A stretch of 60,025 nucleotides of DNA, the filler included, from Basidiobolus ranarum (lineage: Eukaryota), in the NCBI GenBank assembly GCA_040143965.1. It is 11 parts of 11 records of this genome, joined end to end, with 100 filler letters (N's around TTAATTAATTAA, not from the genome) between each part and the next. Parts side by side here need not be neighbours in the genome. Positions count along the whole stretch, not along the records: positions 10,964 to 16,340 come from JASJQH010001617.1; positions 16,441 to 21,816 come from JASJQH010001618.1; positions 21,917 to 27,287 come from JASJQH010001619.1; 8 more parts are not named here. One strand, 5' to 3'. This document shows, piece after piece, positions 12,994 to 25,239 of the stretch (its first letter is position 1; each line of letters opens with the position of its first letter). The translations under genes and the position numbers were made by a program. The notes under the pieces are model-generated. The model was not told the DNA's origin. It did no database searches and saw nothing but the letters and a program-made list of their open reading frames with translations.

Positions 12994-15900
12994 TGTGTGA
13001 AAATTCCAATTTTTCAGTTAAATGCGGAACGTTGAGTATTTATATATAGCAAATAAATGTAGGAGGGAAAAAGATTTTTAAACAGGTTACTATCCAAGAG
13101 GATAGGGCGATTTATATAAGCGTTAGCCTGGGCCCGTGTTGGGTAACGTCTTGAATGGGCCACTAAAAAGGAAATCTGCGAAACAGGTCCTACCCGAGTT
13201 TATCATCGTGGATAGAGCCAGATGATACAAATATGGATATTGCAATTAAGCCCATGTTATATGACGCTGGTTGATATCAAAAGTGGTAGCCAACATAGAC
13301 AGAATGACCATAGCCCACGCACCAAGATTCCAGTATTTATAGATTCTCTTCCTGGTTCTTGCTTACGTGATAAGCCAGAGAGACTTGGGCATTATCGATA
13401 CCAACCTCTGCAGTGCTTACAGAGGAGACAAGTTGAACTCAGTAGTTATACTATTGTCTGACTACTGATGTGACTGGGAAGCTATTCAGGATAGAGTTCC
13501 TATTTCCAATCGAATGAAACATGGCAGCGATGAAAGGTCAATCATAAATTACTTGCCAAAAATACTCAAGCATAGGGCCAAGAAATTATACGGGAAGGCG
13601 ATCTGATGCGATTAATACAGTGTTTGATCAATGTACAGAAAACAGTGCCCTTTCTGGAAAGCGATGATTTTCGAATGTTAGTCATGGGGCTCATGGTTAA
13701 GTCAAGGTATCCCACGTAGCTTGTCACTTAAATCCTGTTTATTCCGAACTAATCAGCACAGTGTGCTCAGTGATTAGTCACAAGACTTGCATTAGCCTGA
13801 TAACAGTTGGGATTTTTTTGTGATAGTGTTGAGTTAGCCTCAGATTAGATCAAGTTCAGCCCTTATAAGGTTTTTAGCCGAGATGTCAAAAGATGTGACT
13901 CCTAGACGCAGTGTAGCGTTACTTCTAAAATTGTTCACAAACAACGTCAGTCACATCAAGCGGATTCGAATGCAGGGATCCCCTACTCAGTATATATATA
14001 TATGAGCATAATGTAGAAACAGCGGCAATTTTTCTTGATTCTTAAATATGGTTGCCAATGGTTGCCAAGCTTACGGAAAAGCGTGAAATTCAAGGCGAAC
14101 TCCATTGCCCACTTATAATATAATTCAAAATCACCCCAGAGTTCTATTTTTATTCGACTTCATCAATCGTATTTGGGAACGGCATGACATCTTTTCTTAA
14201 AACCAGAAGGCACTTGTATTTCTGCCATTCAAGTCACTCATTCTTACCCATCAGACAACTTAACAAAATTCCTTGATTCTCGTTATCTTCATATTAGATA
14301 CACGAGTGAGGCCTATATTGCCATTGTTGAAAGCGTCTCCTAAGTCATGAATAGGGTTAGGATCTTCATCTGGATGTCGGATTGGATCTAAACAAACTGA
14401 TTGTCTCAGTCTGATTGGTGCTTAATGATGCATATTTTGCTAAGTTCAGAGCCATTTCGTAAGTAGTAAGAGATGCTACCTACGCTACTCTATCCGCTAG
14501 GGCAGCTGAGACGTTAGTATCCTTAAGATAAAAGTTTCAAACAGCATACATGTATGCACTTACACTGTTGGATATCTGAGTATGTTAAGTACTACATTGA
14601 TCACTACGAAATCTATTGGCAGCTCGACCTATTCTCCTCCTCTACATGGTACAGCCAAAGATAGTTTTACATCCGAAGCTAGCGCTTAATGTCGATATAT
14701 CAAGAGTGTATTTACTGTTGTAGAAGTTACTAGCTACTGTCCCTAGCCAAGCCTGGATGACACCGGTATATTCAGCACATTCTGCACTCCCATGGTGGAG
14801 TAAGACCTTGAGTCGTAGCTCGAGACATGCTGTTTGAAATAAAGAGTAGTTGCAGTCGACAAGTGAGTCCTTCAAACAATTGCGTCTTGACACCAGTTAG
14901 ACATCGTTTCACGTTGTTCAGGCTTTCGTAATCTAATGCTAGCTTATGCAAGCTGTGGATAGCAAATTCGATTTATCAAAATGTTTTAGAGACACATCAA
15001 AAACCAGTATATATGAGGAAATTGTGGGGAAGGATCTTGGATTGCCATCTATCAGCACATCAATAGCAAATCCTAAAAAAGGACTCTTGTACTTCAAGTC
15101 ATAATGCGGTCTTGGTGTTTGTGTCGTCTTGTTCGACGTAGACTATATCGTAATATACAGATGCACCTACTTTGTAATCTAGATAAAGGTTTAAAAAAAG
15201 CTAATTGAAACCAGCAACATCCAAGCACTATACATATCGGCTTTTCATGTGGATTAGTTTCATTCGCTTCAGGCTAAGGAGCCCTAACTCCCTTGTTTTC
15301 CCGGCTTTAGGCTATTTGATTTACCACAGTATAGTTCATCCTGGTTGAAGAGAAGCCGTAAGTAAACTACCAAACTCGTCAATGTGTATGCGTCATTGAT
15401 TTGCTTTCACTGTGAACAACTAGGATCTATGAGACTTTGGCGGAAGACCAGATTTGTCCTTCGAAAATCTGTGTGCTAATTCATACCTGCCATTGAAATA
15501 CCTCTTCTCTCTTGAGTGTATTTCGGATGAATAGAGATCCAAATATGTGTCGTATCTCTCTCGCCTAGAGGGCTATTTTACTGATGCCTTTGTGGTTAGT
15601 AATTGGTTAAATTTGACTTTCTGTAATTAGTAAATATATTCATCGATCCAGCACTTCTCCGCCTAACAAACTCTTTGGCCTTGAATAATGCAACTAATTA
15701 AATGATTCAAACCGCAGTCAAGGTGTGTAGACGGGTCCCAGATATGGCTTTATGTTGTTCGCATTATCACGAGTGTATTTCACATCATTTACTATTATGG
15801 TTTGGGCATAGCTGGTATTGGAGCCTGCATAGCACTATCACTTCATATCTTTCCATGTGGATATAGTATTATATTGTTATTTGTAGTCTAATGCGACTTA

Positions 15901-16211
15901 TTTGCCACTTAAGGAACTTAAGTATGTAAGCCTTTGTCTGAAATACAAGAGAGTAACAATGTGTCATAGTGGGAAACATGTCAGGATGTACAAAGTCTGG
16001 AGGCTTGAAGATGACTGAAATTTTTAATAAATTTCAACATTCCTGACTATCATTAATCTGAATTAATTTCAAGTCCAAATCAACCTCCCCCAAAATCTAA
16101 TGACTGACTAAACCTATATATATAATAATAGATATATATTTCAACAACTAACTCTTGGATAATTTGTATTTGCTGTAAGGATATATCTGCTTTTGAACCA
16201 AATGGTATATG

Positions 16212-16340
16212 TGTTGAAATTAGCATTGTCTAAACACCTATATAGTCATATATAGCTTAGTACTTAGTTATCTTATAATTCACTAAGATATTATCAATTA
16301 TTCTCAATCGGAATTTACTTAGAATATTTTTACCAACTTA
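16212..16340 (+). repeat. LTR family A, 5' part (truncated by contig end)
   Basis: TGTTGAAATTAGCATTG... matches the copies at 17528, 29027, 54678 and 55946. Confidence 0.8.
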
Positions 16341-17527
16341 NNNNNNNNNNNNNNNNNNNNNNNNNNNNNNNNNNNNNNNNNNNNTTAATTAATTAANNNN
16401 NNNNNNNNNNNNNNNNNNNNNNNNNNNNNNNNNNNNNNNNTTCAATACTTATCTTGTAAGTAGCTTACTCGTATTGCTCGAAAATCTATCTTCTAACATT
16501 TACTTTTCATCTCAAAAGGGTTGCTCATCTCTAAATTCCTCGTAGAACAACTTGAAATCAATCACAGCCCCAAGCATAGCAGTAAGCTAGAAAATGGAGC
16601 CTCCAATCCGACTCACTCGTTTCGTAACGAGGAAGGTGGAGGACCGTGCGATGAGGAGACCTCCTCCTTGAAACGAAGCTCAGATAAAAGTAGACTGGTC
16701 TATCCTAATAATGCCACTCCTTTGTCCGAGTTGACCGATAAAAATAATCTACCAATAGCTGACATCACACTTCATACACATTCCACCAAACCATAGTACA
16801 ACATCATAATTGTTGATAAACCTCTTTGTTAATATCCACCACAACCCCTGTCATAATCCACCCAATATCTTATCCGCTATAGCCCTAGAGTAGATAAAGA
16901 TTAATTCCCGTGTTAATACTATACTAGCTTAGTCCTCTCGCTCCCACTTGCAAACTCTCCTTCGTTCTTATTCTGTGAACTTTTGGAATGTATCCATTTC
17001 CCTTACGCAATAAAAGACATTATGGATAGTGATCTACTTTGTATTATGGTAAATCTGATATGAAGGTGTCAATCATTTCCTGTTCGCCTTGATCCTGATG
17101 ACAAGAGTCGAATAGTATTCTCCCATTGGTTGCTAGATTAACCAAGAACTAGAGGATTAATAATCAAGTCTTTGATGGCATATGCCGCTGATCCACATGA
17201 TGCCTACATACATGATATTACCTGTCTAATCTGTATCTCAAAACTCATTTTATTGATAGAAATATCTACTGTCTTATATGTAGCTTTATATGCATTTCAA
17301 TAGTAGCCACTAAAGGTCAACCATGATTACAATAATTCCTATTGTTGTTGTTACTGATATTCATGCAGCTTTCTCCTTCAATAATCTCTATCGTGCTAAT
17401 TTCATATGATATCACCAAGTGATTTTCTATATCACCCAAAGATCTCTGCTCACCATACTAAACACCAGTGCTCTTAACTGATTCATTTATTCTGTTATCC
17501 TTGCGTCCACCAGATCATTTTCATTGC

Positions 17528-17737
17528 TGTTGAAGTATTTTGGGAGTTTGTTGAAAGTGGTTTGGAGAACTAGAAGAATTGGTGGTTTTCACTTGTCGAT
17601 TTATTGAGTAGAAAGCTGACATTTATAGTTTTGTCAAGAGGTAAACAGACAAACGTGTAGAATGTGTTAAAGAAGGTCCTAACTAGCACTAAGCTATATA
17701 TGCCTAAATAGATGTCTAGGCTATATTAATTTCAACA
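17528..17737 (-). repeat. Solo LTR family A with internal deletion
   Basis: TGTTGAA...TTCAACA termini. Both ends align to the 55946-56293 copy; the middle is missing. Confidence 0.75.
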
Positions 17738-19428
17738 ATTATACAATCTTGTGAGACCACTGTTGCTTCCAAGAATCTGTCTCTTTTTTCGTTTAACTGC
17801 TTTCACAGTCTGATTAAACTATCATAAGACAGTACAACCTATAAAATAGTGATTTTGGCATAGACAAATATTGAGCAGAAAAGTTGTTGTCTGCAAGCGC
17901 TTTAATTCTGGGTTCCTAAATGACTTGATGAAAGAGTGCTAAGATATTCTCTCAGTCTTGAGCATAAAAAAATATCAATTCAAATGATTGTACTCTGAAA
18001 ATACAATACTTCACCTATCAATAAGGACAAGCTCAATACTGAAATATTGGCATTAAATACTTGAATACTTGTATGTGGTATTTAATGCTTCTTCACTGAA
18101 TTTTGAAACAAGTCAAAATCTTGATATCAACCCCCAGTACTGCTAAGCAAAATCAAAACTTCCGAACTTGTCCAAAACATCACTGATCTTTCTTCAATAT
18201 CGTAGTAATATTGTAGTAATATTACCCAGTCATTACGCTGCCTCATTTTCAACTCAATTATAAATAGTTAATTTCAATTGAATAAAATAGCCAATGCCAA
18301 TCATATATTGGCTAAACTTTTCCAATTCATATCCCAGACTCACAATGTCCAAGACAACTGTAGAGTCATATAAGCTATCTAGGAGTTAATGTGAACCACC
18401 TGCCAATTATGGGCATGACTTTAGTGCTTCTCGGAGAATTCATTAATTTTGAACCTGCCGATGCTCTGACTAACGAGCTCTATCAACATACGATATCTGC
18501 AATAGCTAGGTACATTATGGGGGAGATGATAAAAGCAGCAAAGATAGACAATGCATCAATAGAACCATAAATGGATTTTATTATATTATTTCATGGTATT
18601 CGTTCAGGTGCTAACGGCAAACCCCGTACTCAGTCCATCAATTCTGCTGAAAACCTGCAGTTCTTCCATGGCTGTAATATTCACATTGACAATGTTTGTC
18701 CTATCCATCTAAGGGTTTTGTATACGGTTGATCTTGTATCAGAGTTGTCATGACTATCGGTTTTAGTGCCCCAAGAAATTGTTAGGGAATGATTTGCATC
18801 ACTGTTTCCAAACAATCAGTGTATAACTTGCTATCTTGATGTAAAGAAACATACTTCGCTACATTTTATTAATGGCGCCTAGTTAATCTATTGCATTGTT
18901 TTTCTGTTGAATAACAATTTGGATGATTGACTGAGAGAGATAACAATTGTAGTAAAGGCAGTGATGACTTTGCTCAGTTTAATTTGCAGTTGCAGCGGTA
19001 CAACGAATTGCAAATGAACATACCAAAAAGGAATCAGTTATGAGCGCTACTGTATTGCACCGCCACAAGTAACTGAGGGTGAGAACATACAGCGGAGTTG
19101 AGATATCCCTATTCACTTTGTTAAGGCCTATGGTAAAGCCTAAGCGGATCCTACTTTACTCCATGATGAAACATTGTTATTATATGCTTGGATCATTCTC
19201 AATATAGTTACAAAAAGATGATCTGAAGAGACCGATGATCTTGCCAGTTGATGGCTTATCTATGCTTACTAAACCGATCAAAAGTACCTATCAAAAGTAC
19301 TTGTCAATATTGTGTTGGATTGCTTCAATCCGGATGCTTGATCCATTCTCCAGAGTTTAAATAGGATTTTAATTCAAGATCTTGAAATGCTAACAACAGT
19401 AGTTACGAATGCTGGTTACATATTGGGA

Positions 19429-20676
19429 TTACAAATTGCTACGGGGCCTGTATTCTTTTTCAAAGTACTCTTTAACTACACTGCGAATATCCAAGGCACA
19501 CCCATATGAAAGAGTGTAGCCAGAGCCACCGTGACCGTAATTGTGGAATATTCTAGGTTCTTTTTCATCTTGCCCAACCCGAGGTTCATCACGGAATGGT
19601 CGAATACCAACACGATAGTAGTAGCTGGTAAATTCAGCCTTTTCCAAATCTGGATACAGATTGACACATCCTTCTTTCATTTTTTGGAGAAAGTTGTGCT
19701 TCTCCTCGTCCCAGTGAAGTTTCTCCTTGCCCATCTGGGCGTAGCCTCCAAGAATCACTATATCGTCGTTTCTTGGAACGATGAACTCAAATCTTCCTTC
19801 CTGAGCTTTTAATTTCTCCTCAGCGCTGGCATTCAATTCAGCATCTCGTTGGGAAATGGAAATGCAGCTTTCGATTTTCTGGAATTTCTTGCCATCGTTT
19901 TTGGCATGAATGAGTATTCCGCGGAGTGGCTTCATCTTCTCATCGCCACATAGCTCTCTGGAGCTCATTCCGGTACAGTTAATCAGGATGTCAGCTTTAT
20001 AGCGTCTCAACAAATCTGGCGTCTCTTCGTAGATATTGTCTTCTAGAATACCGTGGAGAAGGGCCACATCTTTTTGAACAACCATTCCTTTTAACCAATG
20101 AAGATATTGCTTGGGATCCACCACGTATGACAAATGCTCGTAAGCGTCCACTATGTTAAAGCCTTTTTTGTCTGGATCTGTGTTCAGGTTGTATTTTTTA
20201 ATTAATGCAGGAACATCGTTACTGAACTCATCACAAATCTTTTCAATCTCTTGTTTCTTCTTTAACCCACTAGCATTTAATTCGCGTTCAAACAGAAAGC
20301 ATGACGTTCTTTTACGAATGCCAGTGTTGCTCGCACCGTACTTATCGGCAATATCTTTGAATTGGATGTAGGATATTTGACACCAACGCTTCAAGTTCTT
20401 CAATTGCTCATCAGTGTCTTTTCCATGGGAGCCACATACGGCAGGTGGCCATTCCCATAGAGCACCAGCAATCTCCGAGACGATTTCCTTATCATGAGGT
20501 GCAAGCTCACTGTACTGTTCCGCTACCACCGTGACTTTACATCCAGCGTTACGCAAAGTCCAAGCGGTTGTCAAACCAGATACTCCTCCCCCGATAACAA
20601 GTACATGTGGCTTGCTACCGTCAGCACGAGAGATTTTTACCTTTTTGTAAAGGTCTCCAGGATTCATGTTTTGCAT
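19429..20676 (-). CDS. FAD-dependent D-amino-acid oxidase-like protein, intronless, 415 aa
   Basis: Rossmann motif VLVIGGGVSGLTTA, SEIAGALWEWPPAVCG, INCTG, P.RG, VGIRPFR, HNYGHGGSGYTLSYGCA. C-terminal SNL. TATATAA near 20730. Confidence 0.9.
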   Translation of the reverse strand: MQNMNPGDLYKKVKISRADGSKPHVLVIGGGVSGLTTAWTLRNAGCKVTVVAEQYSELAPHDKEIVSEIAGALWEWPPAVCGSHGKDTDEQLKNLKRWCQISYIQFKDIADKYGASNTGIRKRTSCFLFERELNASGLKKKQEIEKICDEFSNDVPALIKKYNLNTDPDKKGFNIVDAYEHLSYVVDPKQYLHWLKGMVVQKDVALLHGILEDNIYEETPDLLRRYKADILINCTGMSSRELCGDEKMKPLRGILIHAKNDGKKFQKIESCISISQRDAELNASAEEKLKAQEGRFEFIVPRNDDIVILGGYAQMGKEKLHWDEEKHNFLQKMKEGCVNLYPDLEKAEFTSYYYRVGIRPFRDEPRVGQDEKEPRIFHNYGHGGSGYTLSYGCALDIRSVVKEYFEKEYRPRSNL

Positions 20677-21466
20677 TGTGGCTTGTTTAATTCGATTGTT
20701 GGATTATCGCGGTGATTCAACGCCTTATATACCTATTCTTTGCCTTTGTTTAGAGAATGGTTTTGTGTAACTGCTATGCCTACAGGGTCTTCGTTGCTTT
20801 TCCTCTTACTTCGCCACACTCCCTAAATGATAACCAACTGTAAGACCTACTGCGAGCTATTGACATTGTGATCTCTGTTACAACTTACTAAATAAGAATT
20901 GATGATTTCCTGCTTAGCCATTCATGTTATGGTATTCCATATTATTTCATTTAATCAGAACATGTGCACCATTTGACTGTTTGGTGATTTACTAAACAGT
21001 GTTTCAGAAAAAACCCCTCATTTATTTGCTCATTTTCGGCAATATACTAACGGAAAATCTGGTCAAGACGGCGACCCGACGTTATGTTCTAAAAGGTCTT
21101 GCTAAATATGTACTTAATTTTCAACTTGTCAATCCAATGCGTGATATAGGCAAGGTCAGCCATATGTTTTGCTTAGTTTCGAAAGAAATTTCTGACGTTT
21201 CCCCATTGGATAATTAAAGAATGATGGGTATGGATTTCTACCTTATGAAATCACTGATATCACATAATATATCTCATCAGGGGTTTAAGGTTTGGGCTAA
21301 GAGTTACTAATATTCTTTAATAAAGGTACTTTGGAAGAGCAATATTGACGAAATTTCGCAGGATAGGTCACCATCTTGCGCATGGCTGAACTTGGAGGTG
21401 AGCACTAACTATCAATTCGTACTAAAATGAAATATTGTCAAACATCAATTTGACACATCGAAGGAA

Positions 21467-21533
21467 GCGCCCCAATAGTTCAGTGGATAGAGTACCCACT
21501 TGGAGTCACGAGTTCGACCACTGCCTCCGCCCA
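21467..21533 (+). pseudogene. tRNA-derived element or tRNA pseudogene (A box and B box, no proper anticodon arm)
   Basis: GCGCCCCAA-TAGTTCAGTGGATAGAG (D arm/A box) followed by GAGTTCGACC (T loop/B box). The spacer is too short and the acceptor stem pairs poorly. Confidence 0.45.
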
Positions 21534-21916
21534 AGTGAACTGATATTGGTAGCGGATTTCATAGAATTGTTGACTTGCTGTAGTCAGCATTTGGTATGAT
21601 TGTTAATCTAAATTAATTTTAACCTGGGGTTTTCTGTCAATAATTTCTATTTGCATCCTACTCTTACCATTTCCACGATACATACTTTACAAAGATGGTC
21701 TAATTCCTCATATTATTGCGGAATGCCGAGTGACAAGCTGACATGTAACGTATTAATTCAATATACTCTCTGTCGTGGATGTACTTTAGCCAACTCTAAG
21801 AAGATGAAATACCGTGNNNNNNNNNNNNNNNNNNNNNNNNNNNNNNNNNNNNNNNNNNNNTTAATTAATTAANNNNNNNNNNNNNNNNNNNNNNNNNNNN
21901 NNNNNNNNNNNNNNNN

Positions 21917-24900
21917 AGTTCTAATTCTAAGCCAGATAATGCAGAACAGGCATTTTTTGGAGCTGTAAGTCATAAACCAGACTTCAATAATTGGGCCCCT
22001 AATAGGAAATCAATCATCTGCAAGTATTGCAAGAAACCAGGCCATTTAATTGAATATTGCCAAAAAAGGACTTCTGCTGAAAAGTTAAAATCAGAACAAA
22101 CAAACCAAGTAACCACTGATAGTGATCATCAATTTGCATCTGCCCAATCAGTAACCGCTATAGAAAGCTCTGAAACATGGTACATTGATTCAGGAGCATC
22201 CCAGCATTTGTCAAACAAGAAAGATTGGTTTTCCAGCTTAAAACCCATCTAAATAAAGAAAGTCTACTTAGGTAATCTATGTACCAGATAAAGCCAAGCA
22301 TCTACTCTGAGTAAGCCAGGCAACAACTCAAGGACAAAATGTTGCGTTCAGCAATGCTGGATGCACCATCACAGATCATAATGATACCAAATTACCTACT
22401 GGAATCAAAACTGAAAACTTTTACCAGCTGGAAAGCAACACATTTCATTTTGAGCCTGCAAACTTGGCCAAAACCAGTGAACAAAGCAGTCAAACATGGC
22501 ATAGATGATTAGGCTACATTGGGAAATAAAAACTGACTCAAATGATCTAAAAGCAGCTTGTTTCAGGCTTATATATTGAAAATATCACTAAATTGGATCT
22601 GTGTGAAGGTTGCATATATGGAAAACATCACAGACAGCTGTTTTTAAGCTCTGGAGAGAACAAATCCACTCAGAACTTAGCTCTAATTCATGCTGACCTA
22701 TGTGGGCCCACCATAAATGTCTCACTAGTTGGGAAAAGGTACTTTTTGATCTTTATTGATGACAAAACAAGATATACTTGGGTATACTTTGTGAAATAAA
22801 GATCTGAAGCCTTAGCTACACTCAAGCATTACAAACCAATGGTAGAGAAAGAGTTAGCACAGAAAGTAATGGTATCAAGGAGTGATAATGGTGCATGATA
22901 CTGCTCTAATGACTTTGCTGGTTTTGCTCATAACATGAAAATAAGTAACAAGCTACTGTACCTTTTTCTCCACAGCAAAATGGAGTTGTGGAATATGCTA
23001 ATAGGACAAAAGTGGAGATGCCAAGATCAATGTTACATGATCAAAAGTTAGATTACCCATATTGGGCTGAATCTGTCTCCATTGAAGTCTATATCAGAAA
23101 CAGACACCCAACAGAAACAGACACCCAACAAGATTGCTTCAAGATTCAACTTTATTTTCAGCCCTACCTGGATGAAAACCAAGTGTGGATCATCTCAGGA
23201 TCTTTGGTTGCACAGCATATTGCCTATTTCCAGCTCAAAAATGGCAAGATCAATGTTGCATGATCAAAAGTTAGATTACCAATATTAGGCTGAATTGGTC
23301 CTAACTGTAGTCTATATCAAAACAGATGCCCAGCAAGATTGCTACAAAACTCTACTCTATCTGAAGCCCTATATGGAACAAAACTAAATGTGAAGCATCA
23401 TAGGATCTTTGGTTGCATATCATATTGCCTAATTTCATCTCAAAAATGCTCTAACTTAAAACCCAAAAGCAGAAAAGCATATTTCTTAGTACTGTCCTGG
23501 ATCTGTCAAGAATCAAAATTATGGGCAAAAGAAATGTCTGATGAGTTTTTTCACTTCAGTACTATAATACGTGGGTTTTAAGTCATCTACCATCAGGGAG
23601 AAAGCCAATAGGTGGCAAATGGCTCTACCAAGTCAAAAACCAAGCTGATCAAACTATAGAAAGGTACATAGCAAGATCCATTGCAAATGGTTATTCCCAG
23701 AATTCTGGAGTTGATTTTAATGAAACTTTGCTCCAGTAGCTAGGTTTAGCTCCATTAGATCAAACCTGGCACTCTCAGCCATCCGCAACCTTGATTTACA
23801 TCAAATGGATGCAAAAACAGCCTCTCTGAATAGAATTCTAGAAGAAGAGATCTAAATGGAGCAACTGGATGAGTTTGTTGACCAAAAAACCCAAATATTG
23901 TCTCTAAACTGCCAAAATTGCTAGATGGACTCAAGCAAGCACCCAGGGCATGTTACCACAAGACAGATACCTATTTGGAATTGCAGGAATTCCAGAAATG
24001 CACAGCAGATCACATTATTTATATCAAACCAACTGGAAAAAAGATCCATATCTTGGCACTAAATGAGGAAGCATGCATCAACACTAATGGATTCTAAAGT
24101 GAAATTGATCAAAATTTAATCTGATTTGGCTCAAAATTATTCAAATCAAAGCCAGGAATTCCCTTATTAGTCCATAATGGGTCATTTAATGTATATAATG
24201 GTTGGAACATGTCTGGACATTGCTGTGACAGTGGGAACTGTCAGCCAATATCTCAAAAATCCAGGATTTAAGCACAAAACTGCAGTGAAATTAATATTCA
24301 GGTATTCAAGAGTAGCTGTTGATCAAGTTCTGGAATACTCTGCCACTCCAGATGCACAAAATTTTAAAGGCTACAGTGATGCGGACTGGGAAACAAACCT
24401 TGATGATAGAAGATCAACAACTGGGTACACTTATCCCTATGGCAAAGGAGCCATAACTTGGAATAGTAAGAAGCAACCTACCTAGCACTTTCCTCCTCAG
24501 AAGAAGAGTATATGGCTGCCTCTGCTACTACACAAGAAGCTATGTTGTTAAGGAAGTTTTTTGCATACTTAGGATACTAGTAAACATGTGCTATTACTGT
24601 TTTTGAAGATATTCAAAGTTATATTTTGCTATCTTAAAATCCTACATTTCATGCTGGAACAAAACATATAGATATTAGGCAGCATTTTGTTATTGAAGCA
24701 ATGGAGAACCATATAATTGAACTTGTCCATTGCCTTACCAATGAAAAGATTGCTGACATCTAAACCAAACTTTTAGCTAAAATACAATTTTAATTATCAA
24801 GATGTAATTTAGGTTTAAAAGAAACACAAAATATCAGCTGAGTGGGAATGTTGAAATTAAGCAAATAGCTACTCATTATTTAGTAGTTAGTTTGTTCATT

Positions 24901-25191
24901 TTCTGATTATTTAGCACTCAATTCTGCCACTCAAAAATGTGTGTTTATTGCTCTAATGGATAGAAATATCAATTAGATCACTTTGACCAATTTTCACTAT
25001 TTTCTTAAAACCTCTACAAATCACCACAAACTTTCACCCATGCTTATTAAGCATGTTTGTTATTATTTAAGCATGTTCAATGCTCCTATTGCATAGTAAA
25101 CTAATAATAGACCATATTCAATTCATGAACACTTAAGTGTCTAATTCACATTATCAAATTTTGTCCAAAACACTGCCAAATCCCCATAACA
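21917..25191 (+). mobile_element. Degenerate Ty1/copia element: gag knuckle, protease, integrase, RT, RNase H, PPT and 3' LTR (family B, 24849-25191)
   Basis: CKYCKKPGH...C, WYIDSGASQH, CEGCIYGK, HADLCGP, PQQNGV, GYSDADW, KHIDIR. Purine tract GAGTGGGAA precedes TGTTG. Many stops and frameshifts. Confidence 0.95.
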
Positions 25192-25239
25192 CTTTTATCA
25201 ACAGCTTGGGTAACACCTGGGGAACTATATCAGACTAAA

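Noticed and set aside
18450..18753. Possible Crypton (tyrosine recombinase) remnant, MGEMIKAAKID...FHGCNIHI
   Set aside because: No HxxR catalytic motif is visible and the similarity is too weak.
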